Positions 10,341-21,628 of a stretch of 64,000 nucleotides of DNA are shown in pieces (position 1 is the stretch's first letter; each line of letters starts with the position of its first letter). A model generated the notes under the pieces. It was not told the DNA's origin. It saw only the letters and a list, made by a program, of their open reading frames with translations, and did not search any database. Source of the DNA: an uncultured Planctomycetota bacterium (GTDB lineage: Bacteria > Planctomycetota > Planctomycetia > Isosphaerales > Isosphaeraceae); assembly GCA_963823665.1 (NCBI GenBank), contig CAWGMQ010000011.1, positions 1,024,001-1,088,000 on the forward strand, written 5' to 3'. The translations under genes and the position numbers were made by a program.

Positions 10341-11699
10341 GTGGGCGCGAGGAGCAATCGCATCGTTTGTCGAGGAGAGGTGTTCGACGGCGCGGTGCTG
10401 GTTTCAGGCGAGAAAATTGCCGGGGTGGTCGGACCAGGCGATATTCCGTCATCGTGTCCTTTAGAAGACGTGGGAGACCGAGTGGTGTTGCCGGGTTTGG
10501 TGGACGCTCACGTGCACATTAACGAACCAGGCCGTACCGAGTGGGAAGGGTTCGAGACAGCGACGCGTGCCGCTGCCGCGGGAGGAATCACCTCGCTTTT
10601 TGACATGCCGCTGAACTGCTCGCCGGTGACCACGACCGCGGAGGCCCTGGCGCAGAAGCTCGAGGCTTCACGCGACAAGCTTCGAGTGGATTGTGGATTT
10701 TATGGGGGAATCGTGCCCGGAGTGCGGGGGCAGATCGGGCCGCTTTCACGTCTGGGGGTGGCGGGTTTCAAAGCGTTTCTTTGTCCCTCCGGGATCGACG
10801 AGTTCCCGAACGCAAGTGAAGCTGATCTGCGGGAAGCGATGCCCGAGCTAGCGCGGGCTGGGCTGCCGCTCCTGGTGCACGCGGAATTGATGGGGACGGC
10901 ACAGCCGGTCGAAGAAGTGACCGGGATGGACGCGCGGAGCTATGCCCGGTATCTCGACTCGCGGCCGCGGGAGTGGGAGCACGAGGCGATTCGCCTCATG
11001 ATCGAGCTTTGCCGGGAAACGGGCTGCCGCGTGCATATTGTGCATCTCTCGTCGGCCGATGCGGTGCCGATGATCGCGAGTGCGCGTGCAGAAGGCTTGC
11101 CCATCTTTGTCGAGACCTGCCCGCATTATCTTTTCTTCACCGCCGAAGAGATTCCAGACGGCGACCCTCTCTACAAGTGCGCACCTCCGATCCGGGAGCG
11201 GGAGAACCGGGAGCGGTTGTGGAAAGCCTTGCAGGATGGCGTGATCGATACGATCGGCACAGATCACTCGCCGGCGCCAGCAGCGCTCAAGCAGCTCGTG
11301 AGCGGCGATCTGATGCGTGCCTGGGGGGGAATCGCGTCGCTGCAGGTTGCCCTCGCGGCGGTGTGGACCGAGGCGCGGCGGCGGGGGATCTCGATCACGG
11401 CGGTTGCCGAGTGGATGGCGCGCCGCCCGGCCGAGCTGCTCGGCTTTTCGGCGTCAAAAGGCGAGATTGCCGCGGGCCGGGATGCCGACCTGGTCGTCTT
11501 CGATCCGGATGCAAGTTTCACGGTGCAAGCGACTGCGCTCCATGATCGTCATCGCCTGACGCCATATGAAGAACGGCAGCTCACAGGGCAGGTGGAGACG
11601 ACGTATTTACGAGGGGAACGGGTGTTTCGTTGCGGGTCGATTGCGATGCCCGTCCGCGGCAAAGCACTGGTGCGGCCGGGAAGAGCGGAGGGTAGATGA
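10341..11699 (+). CDS. allB: Allantoinase
   Basis: DAHVHINEPGRTEWEGF, DMPLN, GFKAF, ETCPHYL, KCAPPIR and TDHSP. True start may be ATG 10291 or 10339 with an indel. Confidence 0.93.
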   Translation: MGARSNRIVCRGEVFDGAVLVSGEKIAGVVGPGDIPSSCPLEDVGDRVVLPGLVDAHVHINEPGRTEWEGFETATRAAAAGGITSLFDMPLNCSPVTTTAEALAQKLEASRDKLRVDCGFYGGIVPGVRGQIGPLSRLGVAGFKAFLCPSGIDEFPNASEADLREAMPELARAGLPLLVHAELMGTAQPVEEVTGMDARSYARYLDSRPREWEHEAIRLMIELCRETGCRVHIVHLSSADAVPMIASARAEGLPIFVETCPHYLFFTAEEIPDGDPLYKCAPPIRERENRERLWKALQDGVIDTIGTDHSPAPAALKQLVSGDLMRAWGGIASLQVALAAVWTEARRRGISITAVAEWMARRPAELLGFSASKGEIAAGRDADLVVFDPDASFTVQATALHDRHRLTPYEERQLTGQVETTYLRGERVFRCGSIAMPVRGKALVRPGRAEGR

Positions 11700-12199
11700 A
11701 CCTCGCGGCGATCAACGATTGGGCTGAAGTGGAGGCGAGCGAAACGTTTCGCGGCTGTTGCGGATCGACTCGCTGGTCTCGCGAGATGGAGTCGATGCGT
11801 CCATTTGATTCGGAAGCGGCGGTGCTCGAAGCGGCCGAGCGAGTCTGGTGGGCACTCGAGGCTAGCGACTGGCTCGAGGCATTTGCCGCCCACCCCAAGA
11901 TCGGCGCCCGCGGCGGGGCGCGGGCGGAGCACGCCGCCACGGCGGCTTGGTCGAAGGCGGAGCAGTCGGGTACGGAGCGCGCGACCGGGGATTTGCTCGA
12001 GAAGCTTGCTTCCATGAACGCCCGGTATGAGGCAACATTCGGCTACATTTTCATCATTTGTGCGACGGGGAAATCAGCCGAGGAAATGCTAGCGGCGATT
12101 GAGAGCCGGCTGCTTCATTCGCCGGATATCGAGATTCGGTGCGCGGCTGCCGAGCAGGCCAAGATCACGAGACTTCGTCTGGAGAAAATCGCGCCATGA
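11696..12199 (+). CDS. uraD: OHCU decarboxylase
   Basis: AHPKIG, S.AEQS, YEATFGYIFIICATGKS and EQAKITRLRL; ATGA coupling with allB. Confidence 0.93.
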   Translation: MNLAAINDWAEVEASETFRGCCGSTRWSREMESMRPFDSEAAVLEAAERVWWALEASDWLEAFAAHPKIGARGGARAEHAATAAWSKAEQSGTERATGDLLEKLASMNARYEATFGYIFIICATGKSAEEMLAAIESRLLHSPDIEIRCAAAEQAKITRLRLEKIAP

Positions 12200-12540
12200 G
12201 CCCGATCACGAGCCATGTTCTTGATACGACATTGGGCAAGCCCGCGCATGGCGTGGTTGTCATACTGGAGATCCGCGACGGGCCAGACCGCTGGTCCGAA
12301 CTGGCGCGAGCGACCACTGATTCGGCCGGGCGTATCGCCAACTTCGACCCGCCGGTCAAGAGCCTCAGTCGCCAGGTATACCGGCTGCGATTTGCGACGG
12401 GGGTGTACTTCGCGACGATGCACGTGCGCACGTTCTATCCGGAAGTCCACGTCGTGGTCGAGATCGACAATCCGTCCGAGCATTATCACATTCCGCTGCT
12501 GCTGGCCCCGTTCGGTTATAGTACATACCGCGGAAGCTAA
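12196..12540 (+). CDS. uraH: 5-hydroxyisourate hydrolase
   Basis: ITSHVLDT, HYHIPLLL and C-terminal YRGS signature. Confidence 0.95.
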   Translation: MSPITSHVLDTTLGKPAHGVVVILEIRDGPDRWSELARATTDSAGRIANFDPPVKSLSRQVYRLRFATGVYFATMHVRTFYPEVHVVVEIDNPSEHYHIPLLLAPFGYSTYRGS

Positions 12541-12569
12541 CGGAGAGTCTCGACGGAGAGGTGTGTGCC

Positions 12570-12917
12570 ATGCTGAAATTCACGGCCGAGGAATCAGGCA
12601 GTGTGATGGTTATCGCGTTCGAGGCGACCGACGAGAGTGCCGCCGACTGGCAGTCCACGCAGCGAGACTGGCTCTACAAGCTGGTCGAAGCGCGCGAGGA
12701 CGGCCGATTCGCCATCGACCTGAGCGACGTCAACTACCTGGCGAGCTCGGAGATCGGCTTCCTGATGACGCTGAAGCGAAGAATCGACCGCCGCCAGGGG
12801 AAATTCGTGATGTTCGGAATCAGTCCCTATCTTCTCGACATCTTCCGGACGATGAACCTCACGAAGATCATTGATATCGTCGCTGACTTGCCGGCGGCGG
12901 TGGCGAAGTTGGGGTGA
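12570..12917 (+). CDS. STAS-domain anti-sigma factor antagonist
   Basis: IDLSDVNYLASSEIGFL with the conserved phospho-Ser position; about 115 aa. Confidence 0.85.
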   Translation: MLKFTAEESGSVMVIAFEATDESAADWQSTQRDWLYKLVEAREDGRFAIDLSDVNYLASSEIGFLMTLKRRIDRRQGKFVMFGISPYLLDIFRTMNLTKIIDIVADLPAAVAKLG

Positions 12918-12971
12918 GCGTCGGGCTGAAGAGACAATCGGTCGTGGGCCAACTGACTGGACGGATCAAAG

Positions 12972-13238
12972 ATGTCCTCTAGAGCAATGAATTATGGCGA
13001 ACTACACAGCTATCTGACCTCGCTGGGGTACCAACAGAAAACGGCACCAACTCACGTCGTGTACGAAAGGACCGGAGAGGAGCTGCCAATAATTCTTCCC
13101 AAGATCGCCAAAAAGAAAGCGGTTCGGCAGTCCCATCTCTTAGCGGTCGAACAGATTCTGGTACTCGACGGGGTGATCAAGCAGGGCCAACTTGCTTATT
13201 CCATCGGGCGAGCTTCGGCGAGTCGCGAAGGCAAATGA
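12972..13238 (+). CDS. Small HicA-like protein
   Basis: YGELHSYLTSLGYQQKTAPTHVVYER...IILP pattern of HicA-fold proteins; 88 aa; no HicB nearby. Confidence 0.5.
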   Translation: MSSRAMNYGELHSYLTSLGYQQKTAPTHVVYERTGEELPIILPKIAKKKAVRQSHLLAVEQILVLDGVIKQGQLAYSIGRASASREGK

Positions 13239-13388
13239 GAGCGGATCGCCAGGCCTGGCGTGCTTGCTCTGCGAATCGCCGGCTCTGGGTGCGCTGATGA
13301 AAAGCGGGCCGTATTGGCGAATTTCGAGCTGGACGATTCGGCGTTTTCTGTTGCGCGACGGTTTTGTGGTGGCGGCCGCTAGCACGGA

Positions 13389-13545
13389 CCCCCCCTGGCC
13401 CCCCCTTCTAAAGGGGGGGAAGCTTGGCGCAACATTCGCGGAGGGAAACCTCCGCTCGTCAATCTGGAAGTTTTCAACAGGCCACCCCTGGCCACCCCTT
13501 CTAAAGGGGGGGGAGCTTGGCGCAACATTCGCGGAGGGAGAGCAC
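13389..13545. repeat. Two direct copies (93-bp period) of a REP-like unit CCCCTGGCC(C/A)CCCCTTCTAAAGGGGGG...CTTGGCGCAACATTCGCGGAGGGA
   Basis: Copies start at about 13392 and 13485; each has a CCCCTT-CTA-AAGGGG hairpin; located between convergent genes. Confidence 0.85.
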
Positions 13546-13588
13546 CGCTCCTTTGCTCCCGAAAGTCGACGCGGCAATCGCCAATGAA

Positions 13589-15708
13589 CTACTTTGCCCC
13601 CTTCTGCCGCACAGTTACCAGAATCGGGCTGCTGCAATACGCAGTTTTGACCACGAAGTTGATCGACACATGGCCCATGACTGTGATCGGAACTTTTTCA
13701 CACGCCGGCGCATTGGCGGCGGCCTCGATGATGATCTTGCCCTTGGTCTCCTTGGGGCCGAGCAAGGTCTTGCTGCCGGCCTCCTTCAGCTTCACGCCCG
13801 GGGGAAATGGATTGCCGTGAATTCCGCCCAGGTGCTGCAGCACCACCGCGAGGTTCACACCCTGTTCGTAGCGCGGATTGCGGGTGACCGTGATATTCAG
13901 GGGCAACGACTCGCCCGGCGAGAGCACCAGCTCGCGCGGGTTGCCTCGACGGTGATATCCGACGGGTCTGTCACCGCCAGCGCGAGTGTGCGAACGGGGA
14001 AATGGCCACGGCCGCCGCCGGGAAGATAGATTTCTTCGAGGGGAGAAGCCGTGCGGACGATCGGCCCGCCGGCAGCTTGTCCGGTCGCCTTGAGAGTCAG
14101 GAGCAGGCTTTCGCGCCGGACATCGGGGGCTGCCTCGATCACCATGACGCCTTCGGTCATCGAGGGTGGGATGACGAGCGGGCTTGCCGTGACACCTGGC
14201 GGAAGCTCCTGGAAATCGAGCCGCACTGCCCCCGAAAATCCCTGTCGCCGAGCCAGGCGCACGAAGAGCGGCACGCGGCCGCCCGGGCCGACGTTGATCA
14301 TGTCCGGGTCGCAAGTGACGGAGAAATCGGGAGTGGCCTGTTCAGCCAGGATCACGTAGGGAAGCGCCTCGCCTCCCCGGGCGTGGAGGTCGACGATTTC
14401 TACGGTGTAGATTCCGTCCGACGGCGCCTTCCATTCGATCCGCGCGTCCTTGCCCAGTCCGGGTGAGTCGTCCACTTCGGTGACAACGGCACCCTTCGAG
14501 TCGAGCAATCGAAGCACGGGGTCGCATTCCGAGCCGGCTCGGCGGGCCACTGCCTCAAATGTATAGATTGCATCCTTACGTGCACTAAATTTGTATCCAT
14601 CGCTCTCGCCGCGCTCACCAAGCCGGCCGCAGAGCGCCACGGGGAGGGTGATCGGGCTCGAGGGAGTGCGGGCGGCCGGGGCAGCGGTCGATTCGAGGGT
14701 TACCGGCAACGGAGTGACGACGAGGGGAGAAGGGAGAGATCCGGGTGACGATTGCGACAGCGAGAAGAGATGCGGGCCGGGGCTCAGATCAGGAGCGACG
14801 GCGAGGGAGACTTTGCTCGCGGGATTGATGCCCGGGCCGTGGAGCTCGAGCAGGGCTGTTCTGCCGGGGTTAACAGCGAGGGGATAGGCAGACGTCGTGA
14901 TGGGTCCGGTCGCGGCCAGCAGGGCGTAGGCCCAGGCAGGGTTGCCCGCGTAGGTCGTGTCGCGAACCTGGAGGTAGTAAGTCCCGGCCGCGGGCGCCTG
15001 GAAGGTGAGCAAGGGGTCTGCGTAGTGGTTGTTATCCGCGGCGGCGAGCTCGCGGCCGGTGCCGTCGTGCAGCGAGAGAATCGGGTCGAGGTGGGTCTGG
15101 AGGTCGTGGATCTTGTTCTCGAGACGGTTGCCCCAGATCTCGAATCCGACGCGCTGGCCTTTCGTCAGCTCGACAGCATACCAGTCAACGTCTTCGGGCT
15201 TGGCGATGCGGCCGGAAACGACGCAGGGGAGAGACAACATGTGTGCGGATGTGGGGCGATCATTGGCAATATCTGCGTCGAGGGTCTCGGTGACGACCGG
15301 GCCGTCGACAACGACGACGAGCCCGACACTCGAGACTCCCTGGGGTGTGGCGACGCGGAGCTCGCGGGGGCCAAGCGGTGCGTCCGGGGCGACGTGCAGC
15401 CGGGCGCGAACCTGGGCGGTCGCCGCTCGGCGGCCGCCACCGCCGCCACGCGCCTTGGTGCTCGGCTGGGCGTTTTCCACGTTCTGGATCTCGCCGCGCA
15501 GACCCGGTCCTTCGGAAAGCAGCTTCCAGGCCCCGCTGAAGTTCTCGCGGCCGAAAACGGTGATATCGACAGATTGTCCGCGGGAAACGGCGATCGGGTC
15601 GACGTAGAGAGTCATGGGATAGGACGTCTGGGCCCGAGCATCCGCGCAGGCGATCCAAGCCGCGATCACGATCGTGAACCAAGCGGCGTGAAAGACGCGA
15701 GTGCGCAT
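13589..15708 (-). CDS. Secreted PPC (pre-peptidase C-terminal) repeat protein, frameshifted near 13930
   Basis: ORFs 13897..15786 and 13589..14314 join; repeated GRI...DVDWY / DPILSL / GTYYLQVRD PPC motifs; signal peptide from MRTRVF. Confidence 0.8.
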
Positions 15709-15718
15709 GGTGCGCTTC

Positions 15719-17407
15719 CTATTTCTGGGAGACGAAAACTTGAAATTGACAGAATCGGTGGGCTCACCCTGCATTGCTCTGGCCACGATATCGGGATCGA
15801 ACGCATGCCGCGCTGGCAGCCGCAGCCGGGAGCACGACTCCGCCTGCGCGCCAGGTGAGCAATTTGATCAAGGATGCCGAGCCGGCGACATGGCCGCCGG
15901 GAGTGAGCGCGAGCCAGTCGATGCGGGCGAGCGGATCTTCATTCGCTGTCGCATCGAGGCCCGGCGGCTGGAGCAACGTGGCGGAGAGCTGGCCGGAGGG
16001 CAAATTCCAGAGGCGGACAAGGCCGTCGCAGCCGCCGCCGGCTGCCAGGTTGCCCGAGTCCGAGATGGCCGCTGCGTATTGCCAGTCGAGGGCCGGCATT
16101 TGTTTTGCGGGCTCGCCGGTCAAGCCGTTCCACAGACGGAGAGTGTTGTCGCTACCGCACGAGATGAGCCAGCGGCCGTCGCCGCTGAACGCGAGCTGAT
16201 GAACCGAGCCGGAATGACCATTGCGGCGCGACTGCGACTTGTCGCCGTCATAGGTCCACCAACGGAGCTGCGGCTCGCCGCCGGAGGAAACGAATCGTTT
16301 GCCGTCCGGATGAGCCGCGACGGCGAGGACCTCATCGTTGTGCTCGCTGTAAGTGCGCTCTTCCTTGGCTGTGCGCGTGTTGATGCGTTTGATCGTGCGA
16401 TCCTTGCCACAGGAAAGCAGCGAGCGGCCGTCGGGCGTGTAGGCAGAGCGAGTACACAAAATCGGAATGACCACGAAAGATCCCGTCGGCGCTTGCCGAG
16501 TCCGAGGTTCCAGAGGCGAACGGTCTGGTCGAAGGAAGCCGAGGCAAGCTGTGCGCCGTCGGGCCGGATGGCCACCGCAAAGACGGCGTCCGTATGTCCG
16601 GGGAAATCGTGGATCAAGCGTGCCGTCGGGCACGGAATAAACTCGCACAACTCCCGAGCGCGCCGGCAGGCCCGCGCCCAGGGCCAGGCGGCGGCCATCG
16701 CGGCTGAATACGAGGGAATGAACCGGGCCCGGGATCTCGGTAATCGCCCCTGCGGGCCCGCCGTCGTGAAGGTCCCACAAAACGACCTGGCCGTAGGTCC
16801 CGACTGCAAGCAGCCGCGAGTCACCGCGAAAAGCGAGTGCCGTCACGGGCGGTAGCGGGCCGGCCGCGAGGCTCAGCGTGAGAGGGCCACCGTTGGGTGC
16901 GACGGCACTTCCCGGTGGGACTTTGGCATCGCACGGCAAATTGACGTCTAGCGACCGGATGAAGTGCACCCGGCGCGGCGGCGAAACGGCGGCCGTTCCG
17001 GCCCGTGCCAGCGCTGTTCCTGCGGGCGCACCGGCGTCGATCCAGCGACTGATGAGGTCGATCTGCGCCGAGGGGAGAGGCTCTTCCCCGCGCGGCATGC
17101 GGCGATCTTCGTCAGGATCGGACAGTCGGCGCATGAGCTCGCTCTGGCGTGCCTTTCCCGGTGCGATCACCTTGTCACGCGGAGAACCCGCGAGAACGCC
17201 TATGAGCGAATCGAGTGCCAGGCCGCCGGAGATATCGAGCGAGCCACGTTTCGAGGCCCGGTGACAGACCGTGCACCGCTTCACGAAAATGGGTTTAATG
17301 TCTTTCTCATATGTAGGCGCGGCAGAGTCGTCGGCCCGGCCTGCGGCAGCGCAGCACATGCAGCAAGATGAAACCAGCCAGATGAGGGGCCGTTTCCAAC
17401 CGTGCAC
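15719..17407 (-). CDS. Planctomycete cytochrome c domain plus WD40 repeat protein, frameshifted
   Basis: CTVCH haem motif, RRMP and ISRWIDAGA; WD40 repeats continue across frames (GHTDAVFAVA..., GHSDFVYS..., GHSGSVHQLAFS). End position approximate. Confidence 0.8.
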
Positions 17408-17437
17408 GGGCTTGCTCCGCGTCAGGAACAGAGGAGG

Positions 17438-19943
17438 TCAATGGTTGAACAGGAACTCCTTGGAGTTCAGCAAGGCCCAGAAGAGATCCTGAGCGGCGAC
17501 GGCACGACTGGGGCCTTCGGCGAAGACTGACAATGCTCTGGAGGCTTCGCCTTCACTCGGCGGGCGGTTGAACGTCAGCAGGTAGAGCCGGCGCACGAGT
17601 GCTGAGTCGTCGAGCTTGGGGTCTTCGAGCAACCGCGACAGCCGGCCTCCCTTCTGGAGGAGCTTTCGGTTGAGCAAGTCGCCGTTCATCAGGTGAAGCG
17701 CCTGGCTCAAATTCGGGTCGCCCGAGCGCTCGCATTCGCACGCGATCGCTCGGAGGGGACGACCGAACGTATCCAGGAAGAACGATGCATAGTTGGTATC
17801 GGGCAGAGAGATCGCCCGGGTGCCGGAGGGAAGCTGGGGAAACTTTTCAACCGTGCCAGACGCCGCATCGATCGCGTCGAGCAACTGTTCGGCCGTGAGG
17901 CGCTTGATCGTGTAGTGAGTGAAGAATGAGGTGTCCATCCGATTTTCGGACGTCGGCATTGCACTCAGTTGATAGACCCGGCTGGTGAGGATCTGGCGGA
18001 GCAGCGCCTTCAGATCGAATCCCGAGGCGATGAAGCGGTCAGCCAGGGCGTCGAGCAGCTCGGGGTTTGAGGGCGGGTTAGTCTCGCGGAGATCGTCAAT
18101 CGGGTTGACCAGCCCTTTGCCGAGCAGGTAGCCCCAGTAGCGGTTGACGACGCTTCGGGCGAGCCACCTGAGGGTTTTCGGTGGTGAGCCATCTTGCGAG
18201 GGCGCGGCGGCGATCGACGGGGTCGTCGATGGGTTTGTCGCCCAGCGGCCGCGGTTCCATCTTCTTGCCGGTTCGCGGCTGATAAACTTCACCTTGCTGG
18301 GAGACGAAGATCACTTGATCGCCGCCGAAGAGTCCAAATTCGTCGCTTCGCTTGGTCCGTACGCGAGCGAAGTAAGCAGCCAGGGAGTAGTAGTCGTCCT
18401 GCCCGTATGATTCGAACGGGTGATGATGGCAACGCGCACACTGAAGGCGAACGCCCATAAAGACCTGGGCTGTCGTCTCGGCGAGGTCGTCGGGACTCGT
18501 GGCGACGCGAAAGTAGTTGGCCGGACCGTTGCTGAAGATCGAACCCTGGGCAGTCACGAGCGCTTCAGCCATTCGGTCGAAGTGCATGTTGGACCGAAAC
18601 GCCTCGCGAAGCCAGAGGTTGAACGCGAGCATACCCTGGGCGCCCAGCTTCTCGGAGTTGACGCGCAGCACGTCGCCCCACTTGAGCGTCCAGTAATCAA
18701 CGTATTCGGGGCGGTCGAGAATCTGATCCACCAGTTTGGGGCGCTTGTCCGGATCGGGATCCGCGATGAAATCCTCGATCTCGTCCGGCGACGGAGTGGT
18801 TCCGATTGTGTCGAGCATCGCGCGGCGGAGGAACTCCGCGTCGGTGCAAGGCGGCGAAGGGGCCAGCCCGAGCTCGCGCCACTTGGCGCGCCGCCTTCTG
18901 ATCGACGACGTTTTGCGACGGGAATTCAAACGGTTTTTCGCGCCGAAGGGCACGGTGAGCCGCGTCATGGCCGCGTGGCCCAGGTATCGCACCATGATGC
19001 TGGCCTCACCACGGCCGACGGTCTTGGCGATTCCGCCGGACCTGACCGTGGCGACACCTTCATTGAGCGTATCAAACCGCGCGGCATCCGTGACGTCTCG
19101 CTCGGTGCCGTCGCTCAGCCTGGCGATCACGGCGAGTCGCTGCTCCTGTCCCGGCTCGATCACCCGGGCATGGGGATAGACATTCACGCCGACGACCCGT
19201 GGGTCTGCCTCGCTCGGGCCCGGCGCGCCCTGCTTGAGCCAGAGCGTGATCAGCCGATACGCCTCTGAGCCCGGTTCGAGCCGCTTTCCGCCGCCGTGGG
19301 CCACGGCCAGCGTGGGCTTGAGCAGAATCAGGCTCTCTTCCGGTGCGAATGGCGTGATCCGACGCTGTTCTGCACTCTTGACGATCAAGGTGTAATCCGA
19401 TTCGGGCTCGAAACCCAGTAGCGAAAGCTTGAACCCACCCTTCCCGTGTTGAGACCCGTGGCAAGCTCCTTGATTGCAGCCGAGCCTGGTCAGAACCGGC
19501 ATGATCTCGTTGCGAAAGCTCACCTGCCGCGGCGCCCTTGCCTTGGTCACCTCGACCGGAACGTGCGCCAGGACTTCGCCCACTCGAACGGCCACTTCTG
19601 TCGTGCCGTCGGCCGCGGGTCGAAGCACTCCGTTTTCGATTCTGACGCAGTCGGGTCCCAGCGACTCGAGCCGGGCGTCGGCCGACCGGTCGTTGGTCTT
19701 GCCTTCGGGAGTGATCTCCAGCACCACCAGGCGCTGTCTCGCCTCCGGGCCGCTCAACCTGACCTTCGGCGGAAACACCTGGAGCCGAGCCGAACGGTCT
19801 TTTGGGTCGCCCGCAGCCCGGGCACCTCCGGACCACACCAGGAGCAACACGACGGCGAAACCGTAAACTGCCGGTCGAAGCGCACTGGCCGATGGACGGT
19901 TGGAACCATGAGGACGCTCGACATCGAATTCGCTCGCGGGCAT
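17438..19943 (-). CDS. DUF1549/DUF1553 (PSCyt2/PSD1) protein with Ig-like domains, frameshifted near 18170
   Basis: GCNQGACHG, FLRRAMLD, CARCHHHPF, VNRYWGYLLGKGLVNP, NPELLDAL and C-terminal WALLNSKEFLFNH. Confidence 0.88.
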
Positions 19944-20191
19944 GGCGTGGCCCCTTCGTACCAAGGGACTTTACCCGAACCGAGACCTCACCGCGGATCG
20001 TGGCAGAGCATGTCTCCAGACCAGGCGATGAATCCCTCGCGGGCGGCGGGAATGGCTAAGTCGGTGTGGCAACGCGGTTTGAGCGCAGTCAGAATGTTTG
20101 ACGATCGCTAATCTATAGTTTAACAATGCTCTGTATGGCTGCCAAAAGCAAGACAGAACTGCGGCTGCCGCGGCAGATTCATGACGCCGTG

Positions 20192-21414
20192 TCAACGAGC
20201 GGAGACGCGCGTCGCGAGATCAGGGTTGACGATGCGCTTGGATTCTTCGATGTCTTCGAGCGCATCGGCCCATTCGTCGGTGCTGTCGCCGGGTGGGTCC
20301 AGAAGAATCCAGCCCCGGCGCGAAGACGGCGTCTCGCGCGAAGCCTCGCCTGCGGCGACCGCCAGGGCGATGGTGCGGCTGAGGGCGAGTGCTCCGCGGC
20401 TATTCAAGTGCGTCGCGTCGACGAAGCATTCAGCGGGGTAGCCGGCCCGGCGGGCGTCGAGCACCGTGAAAGCTCCGGGGTGCGCGCCACAATCGACTTC
20501 AGAAGCCGATCGTGGAGTTCATCGGCTCCGCTCTGATCGCGGCGCGACTGCAACGTGGGCGAGAGCGGACACAGCACCCAGTAGATCGGGATACGGCGGC
20601 CAGCAGCGAGCCTCAGGATTCGCTCGATGGCCTCGGCATTGGCCGGATCCACGTGAAAAATATCGGTGTAGAACGGCCGCTCGGCTTCGGCACTCAGCTC
20701 GCCGTTGTAAGCCGGTACGGCCGAGGCGACGTTCGCCCCATGGTTCACTGTCCAGTTCCGCCAGAGGACAGGATTGATCGAGCGAATGCGATCGGTCTCG
20801 CCCCGGACCGCGGCCATGACGGCGGACTGGATCTCCAGCCGAGCTCGTAACGACGGGAGGAGACGGCCGACGAGTGTTGAGGCAACGAATGGAGCGTTTC
20901 TGGTGATCTGGAGCATTTCCGGGGCATCGCGCAGGCCGAGCACCTCTTGCCAGGGCCGGGCATTGAATTCCGGGCCACCCAGGAGCACGGCGGGCTTGGC
21001 GTTGATGATCAGCGCGGCAGGCCGCGCACCGGAATCGAGTACTTGGCGAAGGAGGCAATACGTCAGAAGTGTGGACCCCCGCGCCGCTGAAAGGTTAGCC
21101 GCCTTCAAGCCGGACGTACGCTCGATGACTGAAGGAATCAGACCGTGCTTGACGAGGCTGTCGCCGAGGCAGAGGAGCTGGCTGTCGCGAGCCTCAGATT
21201 CAGCGGCCTTCGCGCTGTAACGCCAGCTCAGGCTGACCGGGTCGGTCAAATCAATCCAGTGACGGAATAGGAAGCCTTCGATCCCGATGACGAGGGCCAA
21301 CATTCCGGCTACCCCGCACGGGATCGAGCGCTGATTTCGGAAAGACAAATGAGCTCTCCCAGGATCGCTCCCGAATCTGGGGCGTATCTTGGGCGAATTC
21401 GGAGATTCTGGCAA
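20192..21414 (-). CDS. SGNH-hydrolase-like (DltD/AlgX-like) membrane-anchored protein, frameshifted near 20460
   Basis: N-terminal TM helix, LGDSL block I, and D.THLN..GA block V in the second frame. Confidence 0.65.
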
Positions 21415-21436
21415 GAGATTTCGGGCTCACGAACGC

Positions 21437-21590
21437 GCCAGAACGCGCTGGGCCGGCAATCCGCCGGCAGGTGGTAGCGCAGTCCGTCGTCGATATTCAG
21501 GTAGAGGTCGAAGCCGGTGCGAGGCAAGCGCTTGAGCTCGCGCTGGCAATAAACGCCGGCAGTTTCCGGCCGCAGGGTGGTGTCAAAGAC
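21437..21590 (-). pseudogene. Remnant of a planctomycete glycosyltransferase N-terminus (CgeB/YkvP-like)
   Basis: VFDTTLRPETAGVYCQR...GFDLYLNIDDGLRYHLPADCRPSAFW resembles recalled N-termini of planctomycete glycosyltransferases; no continuation. Confidence 0.4.
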
Positions 21591-21628
21591 GTCGGTCCGC
21601 AAGTGGACGGTCAGGAATTCAGCTCATC

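Noticed and set aside
15719..15786. Fusion of the WD40 gene with the PPC gene
   Set aside because: The PPC gene has its own signal peptide from 15708; the apparent read-through is best explained by an indel near the WD40 stop.
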